A stretch of 64,000 nucleotides of DNA from Octopus sinensis. Its lineage: Eukaryota. The notes under the pieces are model-generated. The model saw nothing but the letters and a program-made list of their open reading frames with translations, had not been told where the DNA came from and ran no database searches. Shown piece after piece: positions 11,524-23,400 of this stretch. The DNA lies in the NCBI RefSeq assembly GCF_006345805.1, contig NC_043001.1:21266001-21330000 (forward strand), written 5' to 3'. The stretch's first letter is position 1; each line of letters opens with the position of its first letter. A program made the position numbers and the translations under genes.

Positions 11524-11668
11524 CTTAGTGAATTCAAGATTTTATTTGGCAGTATATCAGGTATCAGGTCCTTTGCGTAATTTCCTCTAAACATGATCAG
11601 TGGTTTTTCAAAACCAATATCATAAAATTTAACCCGTCTCAGTTTCATACAATGACTACTCAAATTTC
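11524..11668 (-). CDS. Candidate internal exon of an unidentified minus-strand gene
   Basis: CTGTAG acceptor (weak pyrimidine tract), AAG/GTATAC donor, 145 nt open as NLSSHCMKLRRVKFYDIGFEKPLIMFRGNYAKDLIPDILPNKILNSL; non-repetitive; no homology recognised. Confidence 0.3.
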
Positions 11669-12587
11669 CTACAGAGCCAATTTTTTATGTTCACACATTC
11701 TTTAAAATTATACCTTTTACTGCCAGTGGTGTAGTATAGTGTGCAGACCACACAGGATAGTAATTTTATATGTATTTTTGCTGTAGTGAAAGGTACATTA
11801 AGGGGGCAACCAATTTGGATACAATGCAGGGTGGCCAAAACCCACACTATACCAGTTCCTGCTGTTGATCAAGTAAATGATTTAATAGAATTAAATACCA
11901 TTGTAAACTTGCTTAAACCTTATCTTTATCATCATCATCAATGTCAGTTTTCTATGCTGGCATGGGTTGGACAGCCTGACAATTTGGTACGGCTGAGAGC
12001 TACACCAGGCCCCATTCTTTGTTTTGACAGGGTTTCTACAGTTGGATGCCCTTCCTGACACCAATCACTGGGTACTCTTTACATGGTACCAGTACCAGTG
12101 CTTTTTATGTGGCACCTGCAGCAGCAATGCTTTTTACATGGTAGCCTTCACAAACAGAGTCATCAAGCAACTTGCAAGACCAAACTCCTGGGAACAGGAT
12201 GGGGTAGCTTTATTGATTTTAAAGATAACCATTTCTGATAGCAACCAGAATATTTTTTTATAGTGTTAGCTACTACTTAAGTGTATAAATTTCATTTACT
12301 TTTAGTGTATTTCTCAGGATACTTGTATAAAAAGTGAAAATTTTCTTAAATTATTAGCCCACCCTTAGTTTCATCCAGAATTAATCTAAATTCATTTGAT
12401 TTCCATAACATTGGAAAAGAGCTCATTGTACTAATTGTTGAAAAAGTTACAAAGACACGACAATAAAAACAACTGGATATGAAAAAATCTCACTATACTG
12501 GTTATTGTTATAGAGAGGCTTAAAACTTCAAATGAATAAACAAAGCCCAAACGAATTATCATAACCAGTGTTTTGTTCATGGATACT

Positions 12588-13030
12588 TTTACTTGTGACG
12601 GTGTTCACCCAGGGTGGATTGAGCCGGCTTCTTCTCTGGTCCTGACGGCATCACGAACCATGGCAGCCCATGCTCGATAGTCCTGTGCGAGGTCAGTGGA
12701 GATAGCGAACCATTCGCGGTTCCATCTGTGCAGACCGATCACCTGCAGACCTGAGAGTTCGGAGAGGTCCTCCTTTATTGTTGTTGCCCAGGTCTTCAGC
12801 TGCTCGCCTGTGCGTTTGCACCAGTTGGGAAGTGGAGGTGGGAGGAGAACATCGCGAATCAGCTCACCCTCTGGACACCGGGCCCCATGACCGAACCACC
12901 CTAAACACCGTTATAGAAGCACCGAAGGGAGGGGCCGGAGATTGAGGTGATGACAAAGACCGACTGTAGAAACCCGATCAATGCGTTGGCAGCGAAGAAT
13001 GCGGCGGAGACAGTCATTGTCGAACACCTC
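12588..13030 (-). pseudogene. RTE-clade LINE 3' fragment
   Basis: Minus translation LEVFDNDCLRRILRC...LGWFGHGARCPEGELIRDVL...KTWATTIKEDL...DYRAWAAMVRD. Confidence 0.8.
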
Positions 13031-14405
13031 CAGCCCGTTGTTCATGTATGAACAAAAGTGATGTGAAACCGTGGTTGGGAAAAGCATGGTCGCATCATCA
13101 AGGTTGTCTGTTGAAGAAACCAAGATTACTAGTGTGGGATCAATTCTCAGCTCACAAAACAGAATCAATAAAGGAAAACATCTTGAGCAATTAAAAATGT
13201 AAACAAACAGTCACTGACGGTGGTTTAATGTTGCAGTTACAACTTCTATAAGTTTCAAACAAAAAAACCATTCAAATGGTTTAGGTAAAAAGAATGGAAC
13301 AAGTTGGGCAACTGCTGGGTATTTAGTAACCCCAACAGAATGACCAAAGAGGTCTATGATTGCACAGGTATGTTAGTGGGGGTGTAATCATGGGTAGAGC
13401 TGTGAGAGTTAAGATAATAGTCAAGGTATCAAAAAATGTGGAATCTATGATGGTAGCAGTCACCCAGGTAAAACTTGTGTTGATAATAGTGATTGATATG
13501 TTAATAAACATCATATTTAATGAAGTACAGAGTCACTAACATTTGTCAGACATGTATTTTCAGTATGGAAGGGCATCCTGGTGTTAGGAAGGGCATCCAG
13601 CTATAGAAACTCTGCCAGATCAGATTGGAGTCTGGTTCGCCAGACCTCAGTCAAATCGTCCAACCCATGCTAGCATGGAAAGCGGACGTTAAATGATGAT
13701 GATGATGATAATGATGTATTTTCAGTACAAGATTAAAGCAGACAGGAGAAGAAACAGTTTTTTCCCATTGATACATTCTCTCAAATAAACAAACTCACTC
13801 TGAATATATGGGGTTGGATATGCCCCACTAACTCCACAGAACATAGTAAAGATCATATTTACCTAATCTACTCACAATGCTGTGGTCAGCCTTGGGTTAT
13901 AGTAGAAGACATTAGCTCAAGGTGCCATGCAATGGGACTGAACTTGAAACCATTACATTGGGAGGCTAACATTTTACCACACAATCATACCAGCACTTAT
14001 TGCCACATCTTGTACCCTCATTTTTTAGGGTCAATGCCTATAGCTTTTGCAGACCTTCCATACTGGTGACATCAATGTAGCTAATATTTAATTTGAACAT
14101 CTGCAAGTTGGTGCTTACCAAGAAAGTGTGGGTTAAGAGGAAATTTTGGTAGAGGAACGGGAGAAGTGTTTAGCTTAGAGTTTTGAAGGAGATGCAGAAG
14201 GAATAACCAGAAGACCAGAGGTTAGTGTGTTGTGTATGAGTTCCAGGATGGTACACTCCTTGTTAGTTGAGAGGAACAGGAACTGCTGTAATGGTGATAG
14301 ACAATACAATGGAAGTTGTTGACTCGGGGTTGTAGCAATTGAACCAACTGGATGGCTTTTGGGGGGATGTTTGTGCACAGCACCAGCACCATTCCAGATA
14401 TATCG

Positions 14406-14754
14406 TATCTTTTACTTGTTTCAGTCACTAGACTGTGGCTATACTGGAGCACCACCTTGAAAAGTTTTTAGTTGAATGAATTGATCCCAGTATTTGTTTT
14501 TAAAGCATGGTACTTATTCTATTGGCCTGTTTTGCTGAACTGCTAAGTTACAGGGATACAAACACACCAACATCAGCTGTCAAGCTGTGGTGGGAGACAA
14601 ACACAGACACACATACAACGGGCTTCTTTCAATTTCCACCTACCAAACCCACTCACAAAGCTTTGGTCAGCCCAATGACATAGAAGATACTTGCCCAAGG
14701 TGCAACACAGTGGGACTGATCCTGGAGCCATATAGTTCAGAAGAAAGCTTCTTA
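14406..14754 (-). mobile_element. SINE family A (decayed), head interrupted by SINE-B dimer
   Basis: Reverse complement of family A; head resumes at about 15160-15175. Confidence 0.8.
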
Positions 14755-15159
14755 TTTCTTTACTGCCCACAAGGGACAACACAGAGAGGGGACAAACAAG
14801 AACAAAGGGATGAAGTCGATTACATCGACCCCAGTGCATAACTGGTACTTAATTTATCGACTCCGACAGGATGAAAGGCAAAGTCGACCTCGGTGGAATT
14901 TGAACTCAGAGCGTAATGGCAGACGAAATACCTATTTCTTTACTACCCACAAGGGGCTAAACACAGAGGGGACGAACAAGGACAGACAAACGGATTAAGT
15001 TGATTATATCGACCCCTGTGTGTAACTGGTACTTAATTTATCGACCCCGAAAGGATGAGAGGCAAAGTCGACCTTGGCGGAACTCAGAACGTAAGTGCAC
15101 ACAAAATACGGCTAAGCATTTCGCCCGGCGTGCTAATGTTTCTGCCAGCTTGCCGCCTT
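14755..15159 (-). mobile_element. SINE family B dimer, single insertion
   Basis: Two units joined at GCAGACGAAATAC/CTATTTCTTTAC; TSD AAGCTTCTTA at 14745-54 and 15160-69. Confidence 0.85.
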
Positions 15160-15721
15160 AAGCTTCTTACCACATGAATATAGTATTCTAATGTGGGCTA
15201 CACACGTACACTGTAGTAGGTAAGCAGCTGAAGTATTCTATGGCTCCAAAGCGGGATCACAGTCTCTGAGATATGGTTTGGCTGTGGTTTCCTTTATTTA
15301 TATGTCAACATGAGAAGTCATTGGAAGTATACAAAAGATTGAGATACTCATGCTGACAAAACAAGAGCCATTAGGGATGTAAGATATCCAGATATCTGGT
15401 AAAAATTTCAATAGAGTGAATCAGTTGATACCACTTGACCTAACAATTAGTGATCTAAAGGAAATTTGCCTGTTGTTTCTAATTACCTTATTAAGCTTCC
15501 TTGTTGGTTCAATGATTACATGGTAGAATACAGTGGTAAGTAATTTTGCACTAGAACGATTATGCTCAACACTAATTAAACTTCACTCACACCCAATAGT
15601 AATTATCCGAATTATTTCCTATCTGTAACTTATTACCATAATTTTGCTGCAATACAATCTTTGTTCCAATTAATTTTAAAGAGTAAGAAAACAGTCATTA
15701 TTAATTTGATGCTTGGATCAT

Positions 15722-15883
15722 AGGCATAGGAGTGGCTGTGCGGTAAGTAGCTTGGTTCCGGGTTCAGTCCCACTGCATGGCACCTTGGGCAAGTGTCTTC
15801 AACTATAGCCTCGGGTTGACCAAAGCCTTGTGAATGGATTTGGTAGACGGAAACTGAAAGAAGCCCATCGTGTGTGTGTGTGT

Positions 15884-15921
<38 letters not shown>

Positions 15922-15956
15922 GTGTGTGTGTTGTGTGTGTGTTTGTGTGTGTGTGT

Positions 15957-16047
<91 letters not shown>

Positions 16048-16540
16048 TGTGTGTGTGTGTATGTTTGTGTGTGTGTGTGTGTATGTTTGTGTGGTGTGTG
16101 TGTGTGTGTATGTTTGTGTGTGTGTGTATGTTGTGTGTGTATGTTTGGTGTGTGTGTGTGTGTGTATGTTTGTGTGTGTATGTATGTTTGTGTGTGTGTG
16201 TGTATGTTTGTGTGTGTGTATGTTTGTGTGTGTGTGTGTATGTTTGTGTGTGTGTATGTTGTGTGTGTGTGTGTATGTTTGTGTGTATGTTTGTGTGTGT
16301 GTATGTTTGTGTGTGTGTGTGTGTGTGTGTATTTGTGTGTGTGTATGTTTGTCCCCGCAACATCGCCTGACAACCAATGCTGGTGTGTTCACGTCCCCGT
16401 AACATAGCGGTTCGGCAAAAGAGGCCGATAGAATAAGTACTAGGCTTACAAAGAATAAGTCCTGGGGTCGATTTGCTCGTTTTAAAAGGCAGTGCTCCAG
16501 CATGGCCACAGTCAAATGACTGAAACAAGTAAAAGAGTAA
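15722..16540 (+). mobile_element. SINE family A with ~480-bp expanded internal (TG)n
   Basis: Head at 15722, microsatellite 15870-16348, standard 3' half to 16540. Confidence 0.9.
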
Positions 16541-17046
16541 CATATTTATTTCTGTATAATCATTTCTTCTCGATTAGTAATAGTTAATAGATGTGGAAAG
16601 AAATTACACAAAATGTATTTATTACAATAGGTGCAGGCATGGTTGTGTGGTTAAGAAGTTTGCTTTCTAACTGTGGTTTTGGGTTCAGTCCTACAGTGTG
16701 GCAACCTGAGCAAGTGTCTTCTGCTATAGCTCCAGGTTGACTAAAGCTTCAAGAGTGGATTTGGTAGGTGGAAACTGAAAAAAAAGGCCTGTTGTATTAA
16801 TGTGCATGCGTGTATGTTTGTGTGTACCCATGTCTTGACAACAAAGGATGGTTGTTAACAAGCAGGCAGTTTGTTTCTAGTCTTCCATGAAAAACGGATC
16901 AGGCCATAGGAAATATTACCTTACTTGGAAATAGGTGAGGGTTGGCAAAAAAAAAGGGCACCTGGTTGTAGAATACTTGCTTCCAAATTTTCTGTGACTC
17001 ACGCAAGCATACAAAAGTGTGCGTTAAATGGTGATGGTTTATTACA

Positions 17047-17572
17047 GCTGTCGACTGAGTCTATTATAAAAATTGACCCACCAGATTTCCTCGCGAAAGA
17101 AGGTAAGAATTGTTTTCTCGTTGTAGTAGCAATTGCGAAAGAGGTGATTTGGAAGACTAGGATGAATGGTTTACGGTCAGGTAAGTTCATCTCCGGCCCT
17201 GGATTGATGAATTACTTCATCTTTCACCTAAAAAGGAAGATAGGGCTGGAGAGAAAATGCCTGACTAAAAGAGTGTATGAAGAACGATGGAAGGATGTAG
17301 CACGAAAGTTGCAAGTGGATGATACCACATAAATGTAAAACTAGACGAAACCAAAGTATCAGTGGGGAGGCGGGGCTCGTGGGGTCCGAGCTAAACCCGC
17401 TCCCACTCCATCCGTAATGTCTTCCGGTCTGTTCTTCATTCGATCTCTTCGATTTCTTCATATTTTTGTAAATTTTAAAATTCATCTTTTTGTAATCCCA
17501 TTCATGTATCTGACCCCACATCAGATTGTATTGTCCCCTCTATGTTCGCCCCTAGTGGGTAATAATAAAACA
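17047..17572 (+). mobile_element. 5'-truncated LINE (probably L1/Tx1-like ORF2 C-terminus plus 3' UTR)
   Basis: Perfect 17-bp TSD GGTGATGGTTTATTACA (17030-46, 17573-89); open frame ...AIAKEVIWKTRMNG...YEERWKDVARKLQVDDTT* ending 17332; clade assignment is from recalled similarity. Confidence 0.7.
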
Positions 17573-18004
17573 GGTGATGGTTTATTACAAAGATTTTTTT
17601 TTATACGAAATGGATCAAGTCTTTGTTGTCAGTGCTTAAGATATATTTAAACTGTGGGAAATTACTTTGGGTATATTTATAACTAAACATATCTTTAAAT
17701 AAAATAAGTTTAGTCTTGTTCTCACCGCTTGAAATGTATCTAATTTGTGAGTAGTACAATAAAACACTTTGGCCTATGATAAATACTAAATCCTGATTTA
17801 TATATTTTAAATATCAGGATATTGTGAACAATAGGGCCATTAGTTACATGCTTCAAACTTGTCAATCACTGCATCTATAATACAAGAGTGACAAAGAAGC
17901 ATTGTGCGAATGAAACAGACCAAACACCATGGGGCGTTTTTAATTGAAAGTGCTGCTTTATTAGTCTTCTCTCTCACAATGCTGAAAGATATAGACATAC
18001 ATAT

Positions 18005-18174
18005 AGGCGTAGGAGTGGCTGTGTGGTAAGTAGCTTGCTTACGAACCACATGGTTCCGGGTTCAGTCCCACCGCGTGGCACCTTGGGCAAGTGTCTTCTG
18101 CTATAGCCTCGGGCTGACCAAAGCCTTGTGAGTGGATTTGGGAGACGGAAACTGAAAGAAGCCTGTAGTATATA

Positions 18175-18244
<70 letters not shown>

Positions 18245-18445
18245 AGTGTGTCTGTGTTTGTCCCCCCAACATCGCTTGACAACCGATGCTGGTGTGTTTA
18301 CGTCCCCGTAACTTAGCGGTTCAGCAAAATAGACCGATAGAATAAGTACTAGGCTTACAAAGAATAAGTCCTGAGGTCGATTTGCTCGACTAAAGGTGGT
18401 GCTCCAGCATGGCCACAGTAAAATGACTGAAACAAGTAAAAGAGT
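18005..18445 (+). mobile_element. SINE family A, full length, young-looking
   Basis: Close to family consensus; internal (TA)n of about 55 bp. Confidence 0.9.
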
Positions 18446-18458
18446 ATACATTTTATAT

Positions 18459-18505
<47 letters not shown>

Positions 18506-19827
18506 TAGCTGTTCACATATAAACACACAATGAACTTCTACACAGTTTCTATTTACCAAATTTCATTCGAAGATATTAATCAAACTGGGCTCTAGCAGCA
18601 GACACATACCCAAAGTGTCATGTATTGAGATTGAACCTAAAACTACTTGGTTGTAAAGCAATTTTTTTTATCCACAGTCACAACTGCACCCATATGAAAT
18701 AATAAAATTAAACAAAAAATTTTCCATATGTTAGTCTCAGTAATTTTGTTGAGCTAGCATAATTAATGCAGTGAAGCAAAATGAATTTTTAATCAACTGT
18801 AATTACACCTCTACTGAGAAAAAAACAACTTATTAACACTAAAGAAAATTCTTGTCAAGAGGGATAAGGGAGAGAACTCTAAAACTTAAATTGATAAAAA
18901 ATTAAATGTTTAAGCTTTCTGTTTTTATTTTGGTTACATGTATTTTCTGACTGTTGCTTGATAGCAGGTATGGGCAACCTTTTTCAAGAAGCAGCCTGCA
19001 GGAGTCCTGGCTCCATCATCAGCCAGGTTGCCCTATCACAAAAAAAAAAAAAAAAAAAAAAAATTCAAGGTAATTTTTCATTGGTGTGCCACTCAGGAAG
19101 TCACGTGAGCTGCATGTGACCTGCAGTTTGCTAGTGACTGCTCTACAATAATATAAAATGGCTTAAAATGAAATGTAGGAAGAAAGAAAAAGAAAAAGGA
19201 AAAAAAAACTTGAAATTAGTATAAATGGATATATTATCTTTGATTTTCAGTTGGTTTTATAACTCAAATAATCATGTAAGCTTATATATTTGATGACAGA
19301 ATTAGTGTATGTTATTAACACATTAACCTAAAATGGCATCAGTTAGTGTTTGTTGGCTCGTTTGACTGTAGAGAGTTAACAAGTAATATCAGCAGCAGAA
19401 AATCTAGCTAACAGTAGTATATATTCATTTTAAGGATGTGATGACATACTTCTTACTCACTCACCAGGTTAGTATGTCAACAACCATACAATTTTGTTTT
19501 GTTCTACAATCCCCCCATCCCCTCCTTCACTGGTTTTCTTTTTCCTCTATGTAATTCCATTATCTAAAAACACCTCATAATTTAGTCAACTTTCAACTTT
19601 TATATTCAATTTATTAAAGCAGTTTTAAGTTGTACATAATAAATTGAAGGGAAAAAACAAAAGATCCATACCAACAAGTTTTACAGACTTTAAGTTCATT
19701 AAATGTATTAACTGTAATTTAAATTCAAATTTTATTGGTTAGAAGTTCATAAAAGAACAAATTAACTAGTTGTGGTCCAAGTGTCATCCAATTAGCTGAA
19801 AGAACTTTTATTATTTAATTAATGATT

Positions 19828-20045
19828 AAGGCAGCAAGCTCGAAGAACTGCTATTGTGCCAGGCTAAACGCTTAATGGCATTTTATCCATCTTTACGTTC
19901 CGAGTTCAAATTCCACCAAGGTCAACTTCGTCTTTCATCCTTTTGGGGGTCAATAAAATAAGTACCAGTATAGCAGTATGGGTTTGATGTAATCGACTTA
20001 ATTCCTCTCCCAAAATTCCTGGCCTTGTGCCTATAGTAGAAAAGG
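19828..20045 (+). mobile_element. SINE-B-related subfamily with a different tail
   Basis: Shares GAGTTCAAATTCC and TTTCATCCTTTTGGGGGTCAATAAAATAAGTACC core. Confidence 0.65.
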
Positions 20046-20429
20046 TTGTTTAATTAACAAGGTGGTAGAATTGTTAGCATGCCACCTAATTCTGGTGAGG
20101 ACAAATTTTGCCTTTCAATCCATTTAGGGTTGATAAAATAAGTACCAGTCAACAACTGCAGATGATATAATTAATCCTTCTCCTCAAAATTGCCAAAATT
20201 AGAATTAATATTTATCATGTTTAACACATGAAGCACGATGGACCATAATCATAGCCATCAGGAAACAGAGGTCAACAGGCCACGATCATGGGCCCAGATA
20301 GATGCATTTAATTTATGGGCATTTGTTGGGGTTTAATGTCACTCAAATGCTCTGATACCCCCAGAATGCAAGAGAACTAATAGTTCAACTAATGACTTTT
20401 CAGACGATGTAAAACTTGCCACCGTTATA

Positions 20430-20770
20430 TCTGAGACCCCCTTCGGTCACGACACTGACCATGGGATTGCACCTAGAAAGTTACCCTCCCAGGCACAAAT
20501 CTGGGCAAGGTTGTTTATGGAAGACCAGCAGTTGCCCATGCATACCAGCCTCCCCTCTCCATGCCACCAGTGTTATCCAAGGGAAAGACAAAGGTTGATA
20601 CAGTTTGGCACCTGTGACGTCGCAACTCATTTCAACAGCTGAGTGAACTGGAGCAACATGAAATAAAGTGTCTTGCTCAAGAACGCAACATGCAGCCTGG
20701 TCTGGGATTCGAGCTAACAACCTCACGATCGTAAGCTTGACGCTCTAACTACTGAGCCATGCGCCTTCAC
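20430..20770 (-). mobile_element. SINE with family-C-type tRNA head
   Basis: Minus strand GGCGCATGGCTCAGTAGTTAGAG...CTCGAATCCC...GTTCTTGAGCAAGACAC. Confidence 0.7.
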
Positions 20771-21737
20771 TCACCATTATATACTAAGAAGATATTTTAA
20801 CTATTTTTTGTTTTTTATGTGTGCATGGTAGTCTCATTGTCATAAAATGTGCTCAGCAGTCCATGCTATGTAAGTGCAAATTTCAGCACTTTATGGGTTA
20901 ATCTAAATTATATACATTTTTTATAACAGCCTGCAGATATGAATGCTCCAGCATGACCACAATTCAATGACAAACTAATAAAAGAACAGACCAAAGTATA
21001 CAGTACAAAAGTCCTCATTTTGTTTGGTCTTTACACACACACACTGTGTAGTTAATTTCTAATAAGTTTTTCATTTAATTTACTCATCCATATAGATATA
21101 AAAAAATTTTTTTTTTAATTTCATAAGTTTGGGAAGGCCTGTTATTAGGAAGATGATACTATTCAATTTTGGAAGCAGTTTGGATAAGAATCTCATAGAG
21201 CCAGTTCCCCTTCATCAATTGACCATTTCTCACAATTTCTTTGATGAAATACACCCATTTCAAACTTAATAATGAAAATATAGTAAAATAACATCATCAT
21301 TATTAAGCTCATGTTTGAAACAAATTAACATGAAATTTTATTGGTGAGTATTAATTAAGATCTCTAAAACAGAGAATTTTTACTATAGAAGCAACACGAG
21401 GTGGTCATGGGTAGGTTGGTATCAAAAGGGTTAGTCCTACAAGTGAGGTAAAGTTTATATGTAATGCTATCTTTTAGAAGCTTGAGTTTAATTATTCTTT
21501 TCTTACAACACTGCCATGCCTGTGGCTGTGTGGTAAGAAGTTAGCTTCCCAGCCACATGGTTCTGGGTTCAGTCCCACTGCATGACACCTTGGGCGAGCG
21601 TCTTCAACTATGTCATCAAGTTGACCAAAGCATTGTGAATGGATTTAGCAGACAGAAACTGAGTAAACCCTAACCACTTGACAACCAGTGATGGTGTATC
21701 CTGTAACTTAGCAGTTCAGCAAAATGGATTGATAGAA

Positions 21738-21895
21738 TAAGGAGTGGCTGTGTGGTAAGTAACTTGCTTACCCACTATATGGTTCTGGGTTCATTCCCAC
21801 AGTGTGGCACCTTGGGCAAGTGTCTTCTACTATAGCCTCAGGCCGACCAAAGCCTTGTGAGTAGATTTGGTAGACAGAAACTGAAAGAAGCTCGT

Positions 21896-21934
<39 letters not shown>

Positions 21935-22130
21935 ATGTGTGTCCTCCAGCTTCACTTGACAACGATGCTGGTATGTTTATGTCCCCGTAACTTAGCGGTT
22001 CGGCAAAAAGATAATGATAGAATAAGAACTAGGCTTACAAAGAATAAGTCCTGGTGTCGATTTGCTCGACTAAAGGCGGTGCTCCAGCATGGCTGCAGTC
22101 AAATGACTGAAACGAATAAAAGAAAAGAAT
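21738..22130 (+). mobile_element. SINE family A, full length (preceded by a decayed copy at 21515-21740)
   Basis: Matches family consensus. Confidence 0.85.
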
Positions 22131-22294
22131 AAGTACCAGGTTTTCTTTCTTTTTTTTTTTTTTTTTTTTAAAGTTCTGGGGTTGATTCATTCACCAAAAA
22201 ATTATCCTAAGGCAGTACCTAAGCATGGCCACTGTCAAATGACAAAGAAACAAAACATAAAAGATTATTCACTCTGTCAACTTTACCTACATAA

Positions 22295-22867
22295 GTTTCA
22301 TCATTGTGGTTAATTGCACCCTCTGCAATGGATGTTCCGAGTACAATTGGATGCTGAACCACAGCAGATCAACAGAGGAACACTTTATGGACTTTTTAGT
22401 CCATAAAGTGGAATAATTATAAAATTGTAAGAGGGTTAATATCTCATTGTGTTTTTAAAAAGAACAATGATTGAGAGAAGCAAAAGTTGGCAGGTGCGTT
22501 TTGTCTTCTCCCATCCTTATCAATCATTATCATTCATCTTATTAATGTCCATGTCCAGCCTGCAAGCTACCTTACTCTATGTACTGCCTTTATGGCAAAT
22601 CCGATAAAATATAAAATAGAATAGCTCTCAGTACTTATGTTTTTTAATGTCTGATACTTATTCTATCGGTTTCATTAAGTTACAGGGATATAAACAAACC
22701 AACACTGGTTGTTATGTAGTGTGTATGGGGAAGAAATACTGACACTTGCATTTGATCTACATAACATACAGCAATAAAGTGTTCCTCCAAAGAACTGTTG
22801 TGATTCAGCATCTAATTGCACTTGGAACATCCACATCAGAGGATGCAAATAACCACAATGGTGAAAC
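22295..22867. repeat. Old inverted repeat (~94-bp arms), possible MITE relic
   Basis: 22295-22388 is similar to the reverse complement of 22774-22867; a SINE-A fragment lies between. Confidence 0.6.
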
Positions 22868-22869
22868 AA

Positions 22870-23400
22870 ATCATCATCATCATCATCATCATCGTTCAAC
22901 GTCCGCTTTCCATGCTAGCTTGGGTTGGACGATTTTGACTGAGAGCTGGCAAACCAGATGGCTGCACCAGGCTCCAATCTTGATCTGGCAGAGTTTCTAC
23001 AGCTGGATGCCCTTCCTAAGGCCAACCACTCCGAGAGTGTAGTGGGTGCTTTTTACATGCCACCGGCACAGGGGCCAGTCAGGCAGTACTGGCAATGACC
23101 TCGCTCGAATCTTTTTACACGTGCCACCGGCACAGGTGCCAGTGAAGCGACGTTGGTAACGATCACGCTCGAATGGTGCCCTTTTACGTGCCACGGGTAC
23201 AGAAGCCAATTGGCTGCTCTGGCAACGATCATGCTTGGATGGTGCTCTTGGCAGCCTACTAGCACAGGCATAATAAGTGCCAGTAAGGCGACGCTGGTAA
23301 TGATCATACTCGAATAGCCGCTCTGTCAATGATCACATTCGTATGGTGCTCTTTGCACCCCACTAGCACGGATGCCAGTCATCGAATTGATTTTGATTAG
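22870..23400 (-). mobile_element. Family D with internal tandem array
   Basis: Homologous to 3570-4075. Confidence 0.85.

Noticed and set aside
11741-12058. Plus-strand ORF MQTTQDSNFICIFAVVKG...
   Set aside because: No recognisable homology, weak splice context, and it runs into a family D repeat.
15633-16543. Long ORFs (up to 246 aa) rich in HT/CV dipeptides; similar ORFs at 49347-50867, 29317-29685 and 35757-36371
   Set aside because: Translations of microsatellites that lack stop codons; not coding evidence.
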